Source of the DNA: Camelus ferus | Lineage: Eukaryota | NCBI RefSeq assembly: GCF_009834535.1 | Contig: NC_045696.1 | Location: 13,704,001 to 13,768,000 of the forward strand | Direction: 5' to 3' | DNA: 64,000 nucleotides | Position numbers and translations under genes: made by a program | Notes under the pieces: generated by a model | Told to the model about the DNA's origin: nothing | The model's input: only the letters and a program-made list of their open reading frames with translations | Database searches by the model: none | Shown: piece by piece, positions 51,050 to 63,100 of the stretch | Numbering within the stretch: the first letter of the stretch is position 1 | Layout: each line of letters opens with the position of its first letter

Positions 51050-52090
51050 GTCAGTCTACCAAGGCAATAGAAATAAAAGCAAAAAATAGGACCTAATTCA
51101 GCTTATAAGCTTTTGCACAGCAAAGGAAGCTATAAACAACAACAACAAAAAAGACAACCTATGGAATGGGAGAAAATATTTGCAAATGATGCCGCTGACA
51201 AGGGCTTAATTTCCAGCATATACAAATAGCTCATAAACTCAATAACAAACAAACAAAAAAGGGATCACCTCACACCAGTCAGAAAGTCCATCATTTAAAA
51301 AGTCCACAATGATAAATGCTGGAGAGGATGTGGAGAAAAGCTAACCCTCCTACAGAGCTGGTGGGAATGTAGTTTGACGCAACCATTGTGGAAAACAGAA
51401 TGGAGATTCCTTACAAAAACAAAAATAGACTTACCAGATGATCCAGCAGTTTCACTCCTGGGCGTATATCCAGAGGGAACCTTAATTCAAAAAGATACAT
51501 GCACCTCAATGCTTATAGCAGCATTATTTGCAGTATCCAAGACATGGAAGCAACCTAAATGTCCATCTACAGATAGAAGACTGGATAAAGAAGTTGTGGG
51601 GTATACACACACACACACACATTGGAATAGTATTCATCCATTAAAAATAATAAAATAATGTCATTTCCTGCAACATGGTTGGACCTGGAGATTGTCATTC
51701 TAAGTGAAGTGAGACAGAAAGAGAAAGAAAAATACCATATGATATCTCTTATATGTGGAATCTAAAAAATGACATAAATGAACTTATTTACAAAAGAGAA
51801 AAAGACTCAGAGACATAGAAAACAAACTTGCAATTATCAAGGAGGAAAGAGGGTAGGGAGGAATAAATTGGGAGTTTGGGATTTGCAGCTACTGACTACT
51901 AAATATAAAATAGATTAACAGCAAGGTCCTACTATATAGCACAGGGAAATATATTCAGTATCTTCTAATAGCCTATAACAAAAAAGAATATGAAAAGGAA
52001 TGTATATGTGTATAACTGAATCACTGTGCTGTAGACCAGAAATTAACTCAACATTATAAACCAGCTCTACTTAAAAAATTAAAAATAAAA
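51050..52090 (+). mobile_element. 5'-truncated L1 (ORF2 end and 3' UTR)
   Basis: ORF 51374..51658 '[11 protein letters not shown]...[11 protein letters not shown]...TCTSMLIAALF...TWKQPKCPS' is the L1 ORF2 C-terminus. Confidence 0.92.
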
Positions 52091-52478
52091 TGTTATACCC
52101 TTATCAGCTATTAGTAAAGAAAAAAAAGCAAATAGTAACATAAATCAGCTGTACTTTTTCCATATAGTAATGTCTCATATAATAATTAGATAAATGTACA
52201 GTATTGCATAGCAACACACACATTCACATAAAGCCTAAGAGAATTACTGACTACAAAGGGTTTCACCTTACTTAATATTTTAAATGTGACTTTCCTCGTA
52301 GGTAAAAATGTCTCTTGTGTTTTTTTTGTTGTGCTTAATGTGTGTGATCCACGTCTAAGGGAATAAAATGTCAAACCTTCATTCATCTGAATGGAAAAAC
52401 CTTCAACACTCAATCAAGTGGTGAACTCTAGAGTATAGCATTTTCTAAAGAATATCCAAAACCCACCAGCCATAAGTG

Positions 52479-52502
52479 AAAAAAAAAAAAAAAAAAAAAA
52501 AA
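52479..52502 (+). repeat. Poly(A) run, ~24 nt
   Basis: Seen directly in the sequence. Confidence 0.9.
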
Positions 52503-53614
52503 GCAGCTCTTACCTGACTGTACATTTACTAATCAGTGATTTGGGGAGAAAATGTGGAACACTGTGGGTATTTTTATACTAATCATAACTCTTGCCCAAA
52601 TGATGTGAAGGGTTGTAAAATATGTTATTTAGTTTCCCTAAACATTTTTGAGTTGCGTGTGTACAAGTGGTTTCATCGAACCATGTTCTGCTTTACACGG
52701 GGTGCTCTGCTGGTATTAAACATGTGCTTGTAAATATGAGTGCTAATTGCTTATGGAATGGCTCAGATGCATAGCCTATGAATTCTGGGTAGTTCCACAC
52801 TTTACTTTTTTCTTATAATTAAATATATAGCAATAAAGAGCATTTTTTAAAAAACATGAAAATGCAGTGTTCCCTGGCACATACCAAATGTGAATTCAGA
52901 AGCCAGATTATGAAATGATTTTTGACTGCAAATAAATGAGTCCAACACGAAAAATAATTTGGAACTAAAGCTCTTCTGAGTTCTAAAAAGTTACCCCAAA
53001 AGCCCCAATTCATTTAATGCATTTAAGTACAATGCACATAATGATATCTATCAAAATTGATCTCCCTAATGTTAAAGGCGTTTGTTTTTTACAATAAGAA
53101 GGTGTATCTTGGCAAAACATTAGCCAATAAACTTAAGAAGGAAAAAGAAAAAATAATACTATTATGAGTTTTAAAACTTTCTCTAAGTTGCTTTCTTGAG
53201 ATTTTCAAGGATAAATGTATATCTCTTTCCCTCATTACAATACACACTCATCCCAGACTTTGCAGACCAGTGTGGTCCCGGTGCTCCACTGACCTCTTCT
53301 CAAGACACGTCTCCTCCTTGGTGCTTCCTTTACTACAACCCCAACTCACCACAAAAGAACTGAAAAGAAAAACGTGGACGAGATGAAGATAAGTCCGGAC
53401 AAAACCTAGTACGCATGCTGCTTCGTTAGCTCCTTTTTTTCTCTACTAAACAATCTATCATGAACATTTTCATGCCATTACTTATTTGCCCACCTCATCG
53501 TATTTACAATGGTGCTGTATTCCATTGTATGAATGAGCATAACCATAATTTATGTAATCTACTGGTTAAATTAAAAGAAGACATTCTGTAAAGTCGCTTT
53601 GAAGAAAATTATAT

Positions 53615-54362
53615 TCGCTAGCAATTACACTTGGTTTTATATAACACATTCTAATAATGTTGCTTAAACAAGTAAGATGTTTATTTTTTCTCTCTTAAAA
53701 AAAGTGTAAATGCTTTCACTTTTTTGGGGGGAGGGGTAAACTAGGAGGTTGGGATTAGCAGATACAAACTACCGTATACAAAATAGATAACAACAAGGTC
53801 CTGCTGTACAGCACAGGGAACTGTATTCAACAGCTTATAATGAAAAAGAATATGAAAAAAATATATATGTGTGTATAACTGAATGAGTAGGCTGCACACC
53901 AGAAATTAACACAACATTGTAAATCAACTGTACTTCAATAAAATAAAATAAAATAAGAAAAAGTGCAGAGTTTGGCAGCTCAGGGCTGGCGCAGCTGCTC
54001 TGATGATTCCCCGAGGACAGAGGCTCTGTCTAGCTTTCTGCTCACAGCAACCCAGCACGTGGCACTTGTCTTCAGAACCTCAGAACAGCTGAGCCACCTC
54101 CAGGCGAAGGGGAGGGGGTGGCAAAGGAGCAGAGACCCAAGCTCCTCAGCCTGTCTCCACCAGAAGAAAGCAGAACTTTCTCGGGAGCCTGACCTAGGAG
54201 ACTCCCTCTTAGTCTCACTGGCCAGATGTGGGTCCCTTGGCAAAACCAGGTCAAGGACGTGTTGGGAGGGGCATATTTTTAACAAAGTAGATTTCTACTC
54301 TAAACAGAATTGAGACTCTCTTAGTAAAGAAGGAAAAATAGGTTCTGGGCATGTCTGTCACA
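53615..54362 (-). mobile_element. Old MLT1 LTR interrupted by an L1 tail
   Basis: 'gttgcttaaacaagtaagatgtttattttttctctc...agtctcactggccagatgtgggtccc'. Confidence 0.55.
53726..53957 (+). mobile_element. Young L1 3' UTR tail
   Basis: 'gggattagcagatacaaactaccgtatacaaaatagataacaacaaggtcctgctgtacagcacagggaac...caataaaataaaataaaat'; TSD AAAAAGTGYA. Confidence 0.9.
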
Positions 54363-54516
54363 GAAATGTATGCATAAGAAATACACCTTATCCAATGGCT
54401 GATAAAGTGCCCAGTGATGTCTTGCATCTTATTTTGGGGTATAACTGTCTCTAAACAAAATTACTGTTACACATAACTTATAATTTAAGTCCATCTATAT
54501 GTCAAATTTTTTTTTA

Positions 54517-54645
54517 AATTTTTTGTGCGTAATTAGGTTTATTTATTTATTTACTTGTTTGTTTTTAATGGAGGTACTGGGGATTGAACCCAGGACCTCC
54601 TGCATGCTAAAGCATGTGCTCTACCACTGAGCTACACCCTCGCCC
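54517..54645 (-). mobile_element. tRNA-Ala-derived SINE (camelid Vic-1 type)
   Basis: The minus strand reads GGGCGAGGGTGTAGCTCAGTGGTAGAGCACATGCTTTAGCATGCAGGAGGTCCTGGGTTCAATCCCCAGTACCTCCA, with A box TAGCTCAGTGG and B box GGTTCAATCC. It continues into an (AAAT)n tail and AAACCTAATTAC. TSD-like TCAAAT on both sides. Confidence 0.88.
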
Positions 54646-55848
54646 TCAAATATTTTAAGTTAGCATTCTGTAAACATTTCCCATATGTAATGATAGAGGA
54701 GGGTGGAGAGACACTCATCTATTTCTTGTTTCACAACAACCAGGCAACATTCTGCCCAAGATTCCTTAGAAAAGTAATTAACCCAGTTGTCCTTGTACTA
54801 AAAAGACAAAGGCCTAATTTATGATAATGATGAAGATTTCCATAACTATATCATAAGACAGCTTGAGGTCTTGTTACGGCTCTCCTTGGAAGAGGTCAGT
54901 TTCAGATTACACGTTATTTCATTTGTCTTTACAATATACAATGTACAAATATAAACATCTCCTGTACCTCCAACGGTCCTGTCTTCACTCCATCCCAGCC
55001 ATTCACTTTCATGGTACTCAAATCTTACCTGCGTATTAGCATCATATGGGAAACATTTAAGGAAATACCGACGTCTGGGCTCCATCCTGAGACACTAATT
55101 TAATTAAGCTTTGACTTAAACTCCCGGCCCCAGAGAAGGACAGCTTAGACACTTTTATTCTCATTAACTTCACCCCCTCCACAGCTTATACTGAAGCTTC
55201 TCGCGCTCTGACCTTTCCTGTAACTCTTTGACCCCACTGAAATCTATGATTCATCGATTCACCACATTTTCAATCTCTAACTTCCATCATGTCCCCATTT
55301 CTTCCCTAAAGCAACTTAGATTCCCTTGCATATACCCTCACTTTCTAAACCCAGTTTTATCTGTTTTACTCCTCTGGCAAAACCACAGATTTGATTAGAT
55401 TCAACTCTCTGTGTAATAAATCCAGGAGGCTAAATATAACTAAGGAAAAAATCAAAACAGACAATCCACTGCCTCCAACCTCAGGTGGGTTCTTCCTTCC
55501 GCCATGCGATCATATTGCTCATTTCTAGTCTATTATTTGCCCATATTCCTAAAGGACTATTGTCTACTTTTCCTCAGTGCCCCCCTTCTCTGATTTTAGC
55601 CGATGGCATTGATTTTAACTACAGTGGAAATATGGAGACAATTCTTCTGCCGCTGAATCTATCAACTGATTGCAATGAAATTTTATACTATGCCTGTTAC
55701 TGTTACTGAAATCCTATCTGTCCATTCCCTGTGGATCAGATGCCACTTGATGTCTCAAAGATACAGGCTGACAGACATCACCCCAGATGCCGGCCATCTC
55801 TCCTGCATTATCATCTTCCCCCCTCGATTGTGTCGTTCTCAACAGCAT

Positions 55849-56387
55849 TGTATTAGTTTCCTATTGCTGCTATTACAAATCACAACTTCAGTGGCTTAAA
55901 AGAATACTAATTTACTATCTTATAGTTCTGGGGACCAGAAGTCCAAAATGGATTTGCAGGGATTTGCACATGCCTTCTAGAGTTTCTAGGGAAGAATCCA
56001 TTTCTCTGTCTTTTTTTCACCTCCTAGAGGCTACCTGCATCCTTGGCTCATGACCAATTTTTTCTGCCTTCGAATATACAGTGTATCATCCTTGAATCTC
56101 AATGTCTCTCTCTGTCTCTCTGTCTCTCTCTCTTCTGCTTCCATCACTTCTCCTCCTCTGCCCCTCCTGCCTCCATCTTTTCCTTACATGGACTCCTGTA
56201 ATTGCATTGAATCTGCCTGGATAATGATTACATTGGTCCCACCTGTATAATCCAAGATCCTCTCCTTCATTTCAAGATCCTTAATCAGATCTGCAAAATC
56301 CCTTTTGCTGTGTAAAGTGGTGTATTTCACAGGCCTTGGGGTTTAGGACATAGACATTTTGGATGGGCCATTATTCTGCCTGCCATA
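55849..56387 (-). mobile_element. MLT1 solo LTR
   Basis: 'tgtattagtttcctattgctgctattacaaatcac...ttcacaggccttggggtttaggacatagacatttt...ggccattattctgcctgccata'. Confidence 0.85.
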
Positions 56388-56576
56388 AATACTCAAACTT
56401 ATTGCAATACAGCCAAACTTTAAAAAAGAAAAAAAAAACCACAACTTTCCCCTGACCCCACAACCTCTTCCTGCTACTGTTTCTCACCTCTCTTTTAAAT
56501 TAAAACTTGACAGGAGAGTTACCTTTTCTTGCTATCTTTAATGTATTCCCTCTCTTTTTTTTTTTCAAATCTTTTC

Positions 56577-56681
56577 CTTCTTTTTTCGTACTGTAATTTT
56601 TTTTTAATTGAAGTATAGTCGGTTTATAATGTTGGGTTAATTTCTGGTGTACAGCATAATGTTTCAGATATATAGCTATAG

Positions 56682-56725
<44 letters not shown>

Positions 56726-57260
56726 CTTTTCATACTCTTTTTCATTATAGTCTATTACAAGATATTGAATATAATCCCCTGTGTTATGTAGTAGGACCTT
56801 GTTGTTTACCTATTTTGTGTATAGTAGTGTGCATCTGTTAATCCCAGGCTCCTAATTTATCCCTGCCCCTCCCTTTCTCCTTTGGTAACCAGAGTTTGTT
56901 TTCTGTCTGTGAGTCTGTTTCTGTTTTGTAAATAAGTTCATCTGTGGTTTTTTTTAAGATTCCATATATGAGTGATATCATATGGTATTTTTCTTTTTCT
57001 TTCTGGCTTACTTCACTTAGAATGATAATCTCCAGGTCCATCCATGTTGCTGCAAATGGCATTATTTTATTCTTCTTTATGGCTGAGTAGTATTCCATTG
57101 CATAAATATACCACAACTTCTTTATTCAGTCATCTGTTGATGGACACTTAGGTTGCTTCCATGTCTTGGCTATTGCAAATAGTGCTGCTATGAGCATTGG
57201 GATGCATGCATCTTTTCAAATTAGAGTTTCTTCTCAATATATGCTCAGGAGTGGGATTGC
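56577..57260 (-). mobile_element. 5'-truncated young L1 containing a (TA)n microsatellite (56684-56722)
   Basis: ORF 56838..57116 'MWYIYAMEYYSAIKKNKIMPFAATWMDLEIIILSEVSQ' is the L1 ORF2 end. 12-bp TSD TCAAATCTTTTC at 56565-56576 and 57261-57272. Confidence 0.93.
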
Positions 57261-58392
57261 TCAAATCTTTTCTGATTTCACTCTTCACAACTCCTATAAA
57301 ATATATTCTAAAAGTCATTGATGATGGCTACTTTGTTAAATTCTATCGTCAATTCTTAGCTCTCATCCTACTTAACTGATCAGAACTCTATTGACTTAAC
57401 TCCCTTATTCTTGCAATGCTTTCTTCACAGTGTCAGAGCTGCCACTGACTATCGTATCTTTCCCTTTCTCTCTGGTTACTTTTTACTCATTCTCCTTTGT
57501 CAGATTTTTCTCCTTCCCCCAATCTCTAAACACCAGTGTTCCAGGGTGACCATATGGATGGCTTTAATCTTTATATGCATTCTGACAGCTCCCATATTTT
57601 TTATCCCCAGTGTGGAGCGCTCCATAATTTCCTTGAAAATCTTACAGGCATCTCAAATTTAGCATGACTAGATCACATTACCAAATTGCCACTGACACCC
57701 AAAAGTGCATATCCCCTTCTCAATAACAACTCTGTTTTTCTGAGTTCATTTATCCAAAAACCTTGGTTTTTATCCTCACGCCCTCCTTTTACTTCACCTT
57801 TCAGAGTCCATCTATCAAGACATCTACCAGTTATGCCTTCAAACATATCCAGAAACAAATAACTTCACCATCTCCACCACTATCCCTAGATCCAACACAG
57901 CGCCATCTTTTGTCTCCATTCCTGCAATCTGCTCTCCCAGCTTCTACCCCTGCTCCCTGCAGTGTGCTTCATCACAGCTGCCAGCATCATCCTTCAAAAA
58001 CAAAGCCACATCCTGTCATTCCTCTGTTTAACGTTCCAGAGGCATCTCCTCTTACTCTGGGTAAGATCTTACTCTGGCTCACGACCTCTCTGAACTCATA
58101 CCTGGCCACTTTCTCCCTTGCTTCTGCCGCCAAGTGAAGCTGAAAATGGGAATTACTCAGACTGCAGGAGCAGCCTTCCCCTTCAAAGTTGCACCAGCTC
58201 TTCACTCTACAGGGGATGCCTCTCCTTGGATATCCACATGGCTCAGGCCCACATTTTCTTTAGGTCTTCACTCAGAAAGTCTTACTCGACCATTCTACAG
58301 AAAATAAACCTTCTCCCCTACAGGTACTCCTATTCCTTGATTCTGATTTATTTCTATCACTAGTTCTTCTCCCAACCTGTCATAGTATATAT

Positions 58393-59479
58393 ATGAAAAT
58401 AAATGAAGACTAACCAAAGGAGAAAAAACAAAAAGTCTAATTATTCAGAGCTTTTTATAGGAAGGAAGTCAGTCACTCTCATTTGTGCTTTGGCAGAGAC
58501 TCAAAGGCTGGGAGAGGAGAGGGAAAGCTTTATACTCACAGAAAGGTAAGTCTTCAGGTGTTCCTGGATTGGAGGTTGTTGTCAATGAGAAGCAGGAGGC
58601 AGGCTCACTAAGAATGAGACATCCCATGTATTTGGTTTTCTCTGGTTGGTCTTAAGCTGGAAGCAGGGACAAAAATTAGAGAAGCTGTCTATTATTAATC
58701 AAGTCCTGATCATTTGGGGCCAAATGTTAAAGAAGTTATTGTTAAGCTTCCTAGATTAGTACTAGAGATAGTAGTTTTGTTAATGAGTCTGAACTCGTTC
58801 TGCTTGCCACATGACAGTTCAGTAAATCAGAAAATGAGGTGTTGGGGCAAGGAACAACGACTTTATTCGGAAAACCAGCAGATCAAGGAACAACGACTTT
58901 ATTCGGAAAACCAGCAGATCAAGCAGACTAATGTCCTGGAGAACCATTTTCACCAAGTCAGAATTCAGGCTTCTTTTATACTAAAGGGGGGGGGGGTGTT
59001 TGTTGCAAACTTCCTGGTGTTGGGATCCTTTGTTCTTGAAGCTATCCACGTGGGTCAGGTCATGGTGTCTCTGTAACCGTCCAACAAAATAAATGCTATT
59101 TTCTATTCTGCAGCTTTTTATCTTTATATGAATGGAAAAATGTTAATACCCTTAAAGGTCAGAGCCTTGAGAATGGGCTGTCCTGTGTATTTCACAGTAT
59201 AGGAAACATTCTTTTACAAAAGGTGCAGAACCAGGATGCCTAAGCCCAGGAAACAGAGCAGAAGGTTAGAGCCAAAGGAACAAATTTCATATGGAGTCAG
59301 ATTGTTCTTTTCTATTAAAGTTTGACTTCCTACAAGACTGACATTGTAGGCTGGCTTCCTCCACTGTTTATTTTAGATAAAGTGTTTGGTTTCCTGAGCA
59401 GGTCACTGGAGGTTGTGGGTCAGAGTTCTGTTTTTACACATGGATTGGCCATTGTCCATTTGTGTATTCAGTTTCTCAT
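58393..59479 (-). mobile_element. MER31-type ERV1 LTR, split by a younger LTR
   Basis: 'tttggcagagactcaaaggc...gttattgttaagcttcctagattagtactagagatag | tgacttcctacaagactgac...ggccattgtccatttgtgtattcagtttctca' matches recalled MER31. Confidence 0.75.
58778..59319 (-). mobile_element. Younger ERV1-class solo LTR containing a 36-bp tandem duplication
   Basis: Starts TGT and ends CTATTAAA. 4-bp TSD GTTT at 58774-58777 and 59320-59323. Minus-strand TATAAAA at ~58975 and AATAAA at 58862 and 58898. Confidence 0.8.
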
Positions 59480-60143
59480 ATTCTGCCTCCAGAGTTGCCT
59501 ATTGTCTGTTTCTCCCCTCAGAAATATCAGCTTGGTGTAGGGACAATGTCAGGTGATTTATTATGCAAGGGACCAGGATTGATGTTTATGAATTTCCTAA
59601 TTCGTAGCATCTTACACATAATACATACTCAATAAATATTTGCTGAACGAAGGAATAAAAATAGGGCAGACACGATCTTACCTATTTCCATGAAAGGTTA
59701 AATGAAGGATAAGTCACAGGAGGGAGAAAATGGAGACTGAATTATTTAAAGTAATTTCAGAAGCCAATATTCAGCAAATACTCTCTCTCTTCTGTTTTGT
59801 TTGTAAAGATACATGATCTCTTGCCTGCAAATGACTTGGAAATGACCTTTAAAACTACTGAGTATCTAAAGCGAGTTCAAGAAAGAAAGAAATCTATGTG
59901 GTATGTCGTGCTGTGAAACTGTTGGCCTTAGTGATTAGAAACAGCATTACATTGTCTTCCCCTTCCTAAGGCTGATTTTTGAAAGACAAAGAAATGAGGG
60001 GAAAAAGTAGAGTTGTGACGAATTCTAGATAAAAACACCATAGTGAATATGACAGACCTTTGGAACACCCTTCGACACACGGGGTTCATCTTCTCAGCTC
60101 ACAAGGGACACTCCCACTTGCTTTTAGCTCAAAGAGTAAACTG

Positions 60144-60162
60144 GAGCGCCCCCTGGTGTTCG
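60144..60162 (-). promoter_or_regulatory. Candidate CTCF-binding site
   Basis: The minus strand reads CGAACACCAGGGGGCGCTC against the consensus TGGCCACCAGGGGGCGCTA; it sits in unique, CpG-retaining sequence. Confidence 0.65.
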
Positions 60163-63100
60163 GGTGGCATCACTACTCTTCCTTCAGTTAACTCAAAAAA
60201 GAAAGTTGCCACCAAATGTGTATATAATAAATAAAGCCTCCTGACTGTGAGCAAGAGAGAAGTTTTGAGGTTGTAATCTTTGACACCTAATACTGAATGC
60301 TGCGCCTAATCAGTTGTTTTATGACCATTATGGTTTTAGGGCACCACGGATCTGTTAATTCCCCTCTAAGCTCAGAATTCCAAGTGTTTTCCCCAAAATC
60401 TCACCCTGACCTCACCCCAAATACCTGAACATCTATGTATAATCTTTAAGTGGTGTACAGGTGCCTGCTTTCCCTTCAGGAATGGCTGTATATGATTCAG
60501 TGTTATTGGAAACACCTGGGTAACTAATTCATGAGTTTCTGTTATTGCTGCAAATCTGTAAATGATAAAACTCTCTAAGAGGCTTAATAACTTGCCCGGG
60601 TCTTCACAGCCGGTAGGTCACAAAGACGGGATTTGCGTCTGGGTCTACACAACTCAGTGGTCTGGATAGTCTGACTAGTCTACCATGGTCTCATTCTTAC
60701 ATGTTTTATCTTGATCTGTTTAAACTCTTGTGTTTTTCATGAACAAAGCAGTCATATCCCCTCCAACAACATATATATGGATTCTTTACTTTCTAAGGAT
60801 GATCGTGTGGTCCTCTTAACTGGAACTAAAGTTCCAGCAGTTAAGGGTGCCTCTGGTCCTAGGGAAAATTATGAGAAATATCCATTATTTAGGTCCTCCA
60901 AACCCTGCAATTCCAGTCTACCCTCCCTTCATCATCCATTGCCTTACCGAGGTTTTTTTTTTTTTTTTTTTTTTCTCATATGCTTCAAACCTGATACTCT
61001 ATTTAGCACCATAAAAACTAGCAAGAAACTCCCTTAAAATTAATGAAATGAAAGATATTTTAATTTTCAAAAGCCCTTTAAGATAACCTAGGGCTCCTTA
61101 AAAGTTGAGATCTAGAATAGTGTAGATAGGTAGCAGGTGCTTATTAATTATTTGTTGAATGAATGATTCATGTATAAATGCAGTCTACTCGGGGTAGTCT
61201 TAAGAAAACTGGGTAACTTTTATAAAAAGGAAAATTCAGGAGATTGATGTTAAGATAGAGAGAAAGAAGAAGGGTTATGTCAAAACCAGGACATGGGAAA
61301 ATATAGAGAATTAGAAGGACCTCTGATTTTTAGCTAGATTGTAGGTGCTTGGAGAGAAAGCTTCACCACTGTTTAGGGAGTGTGTTTCTCGTAATTCTCT
61401 ACTTTCACGCTACATTTTTGTTCTCCTTTTAAACAGTGATAGGTAGTGTTTCTCTTCAGTAATAACACAGAAAGTCTCTAGATACTATCTCTCTCATCCC
61501 AATAACCAGAACAAGCTAGATAAGTTACAAAATCACCATTTATTCTTTTTAAACCAATGATTATATAAAACACTGGGCCTGATTCTGCAGAAGTAGATTA
61601 TCGTGAAATTAGAAATCCACAAAACACTTTTCCAGCAAAGCCCCATCTCTGCTCTGTGTTTTCTCATTTGCACATGAGGTCCAACCCCGCTGAAATTCTG
61701 AAGCACATCAATGCACTGAGGGATTCTGTTTACTGGGAACAAATAATGATGTTCACATCTGCAGTTAAAGCCCTCTAATTTGCTCTTACGAAGTCATGTA
61801 GTTTGGGCAACAACAAAAGAGTGACAAGACAAGGAGAACGAAGAAAACGCTGGGAGGTAGAAAATGTTCTGTTAAAGTTTGAAAGAAGGTCGGCTTGACG
61901 TTAGTTCCCAGAAGTGAATCAGTATGTGAGTTTGTTTCTGCATATACATTAAGTTAACGCAAAATCAGTTTTTCCAGTTTCTACTCCATAACTATGGATG
62001 GTTAAAGGGTGTTAGTCTTAAGTGCCAAAATTGTCAACGTGTCCAGAATACAAAGCAGCTCCACCTGCCACAGAAATGAAAGTGATGCCAGTACATCTGC
62101 CACTGGTGAGAGGCCCAGGCTGGCGGAAAGGGCACCGGCTCTAGGTCCGAGGATGTTTATATCTCCACTGACTCCTCCTGTGGTTTGGAACATGTTCTCC
62201 AACCTCTCTGAACACTGTTTCCCTCGGGGGAAAGAGCCACTTTTCGATGTTTATGTGAAGATTATGGGTAACTTTTTACACCCCAAGCACAGTGTGCACG
62301 CCTCATTAAAAGATTAACTACAATGATTTTTAATACGTTCATACTTTTCTTTCTGAATGCTGGCTATATGTGAGAAGAGCAATAATTTAAAATTAAATAG
62401 CAATACGTGAATATTTCTTGTCTCTTGGGGATAAAGTTTGGGATGATTTCCATTTTTTTCTACATTATTTGTTTAATTTTTAAATTGCTAGTACCATATA
62501 TAATTTTGTATATTATATACACACATATGTGATGTATATATAATTTCATATATTTGACATACAAATATATAATATATATAATCAGAAATTCAACAAAGTA
62601 CCATATTGATTTTGATTATGAAACAATAAAAATAAAGTTGAGTGTGTTTCCTGCTGTAGATTCAAAGGACCTCAACACAGAATTTTGGTCTGGCTAATCC
62701 AAGGTTTATTTCCAAATAACACATGGTAGCCCCACCATCCCTTATTATTAACAGAATTTGTTGTGTCGTATGCTTGAGACTCAAGGTCATGTAAACTGAG
62801 ATGACAGACCAATTCCGTTCCATTCACAGTGATTTAAAGAAACATCACAGTAACTCCAGGTTTGGGTGTTTTGGATTTATGTCCTAAAGACATAGTAGGC
62901 ACAAATTGATGCTTCAGGATAATTTCTCAGTTCGTCAGGTTTTCAAAAGATTTATTAATAAAAAACTATTGCTTGTAGAATATATTTTCAATAAACACTT
63001 GTTGCTTTCTGGGTTTACTGCTTAGCTGCATTGCCCTATATGAACAAAACTAGCAAATTCTTCTATCATTTATGGACTTGGATCTTATGTCAATGTTCTC

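Larger units (their letters stand above)
55200..58390 (+). mobile_element. Long L2 relic split by MLT1 and L1 insertions; resumes at 59480-59660
   Basis: L2 phrases such as 'caattcttagctctcatcctacttaactgatcag', 'acaggcatctcaaatttagcatg' and the terminal 'aataaatatttgctgaacgaaggaat'. Confidence 0.7.

Noticed and set aside
51374..51658. L1 ORF2-like ORFs (also 7353, 46024, 46085, 56838) as functional genes
   Set aside because: They are truncated, frameshifted fragments with no EN or RT domain.
52479..52502. Poly(A) run as the tail of a retrocopy
   Set aside because: I could not find a convincing TSD or upstream poly(A) signal, so it is treated as a mononucleotide run.
54570..54645. tRNA-Ala gene
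   Set aside because: It has a SINE tail and TSD-like flanks, an imperfect acceptor stem and an extra base in the anticodon arm.
58714..59076. 120-aa ORF with a KEQRLYSENQQI repeat
   Set aside because: It spans the junction of two LTRs on their antisense strand, has a TTG start, and its peptide repeat is just the 36-bp DNA duplication.
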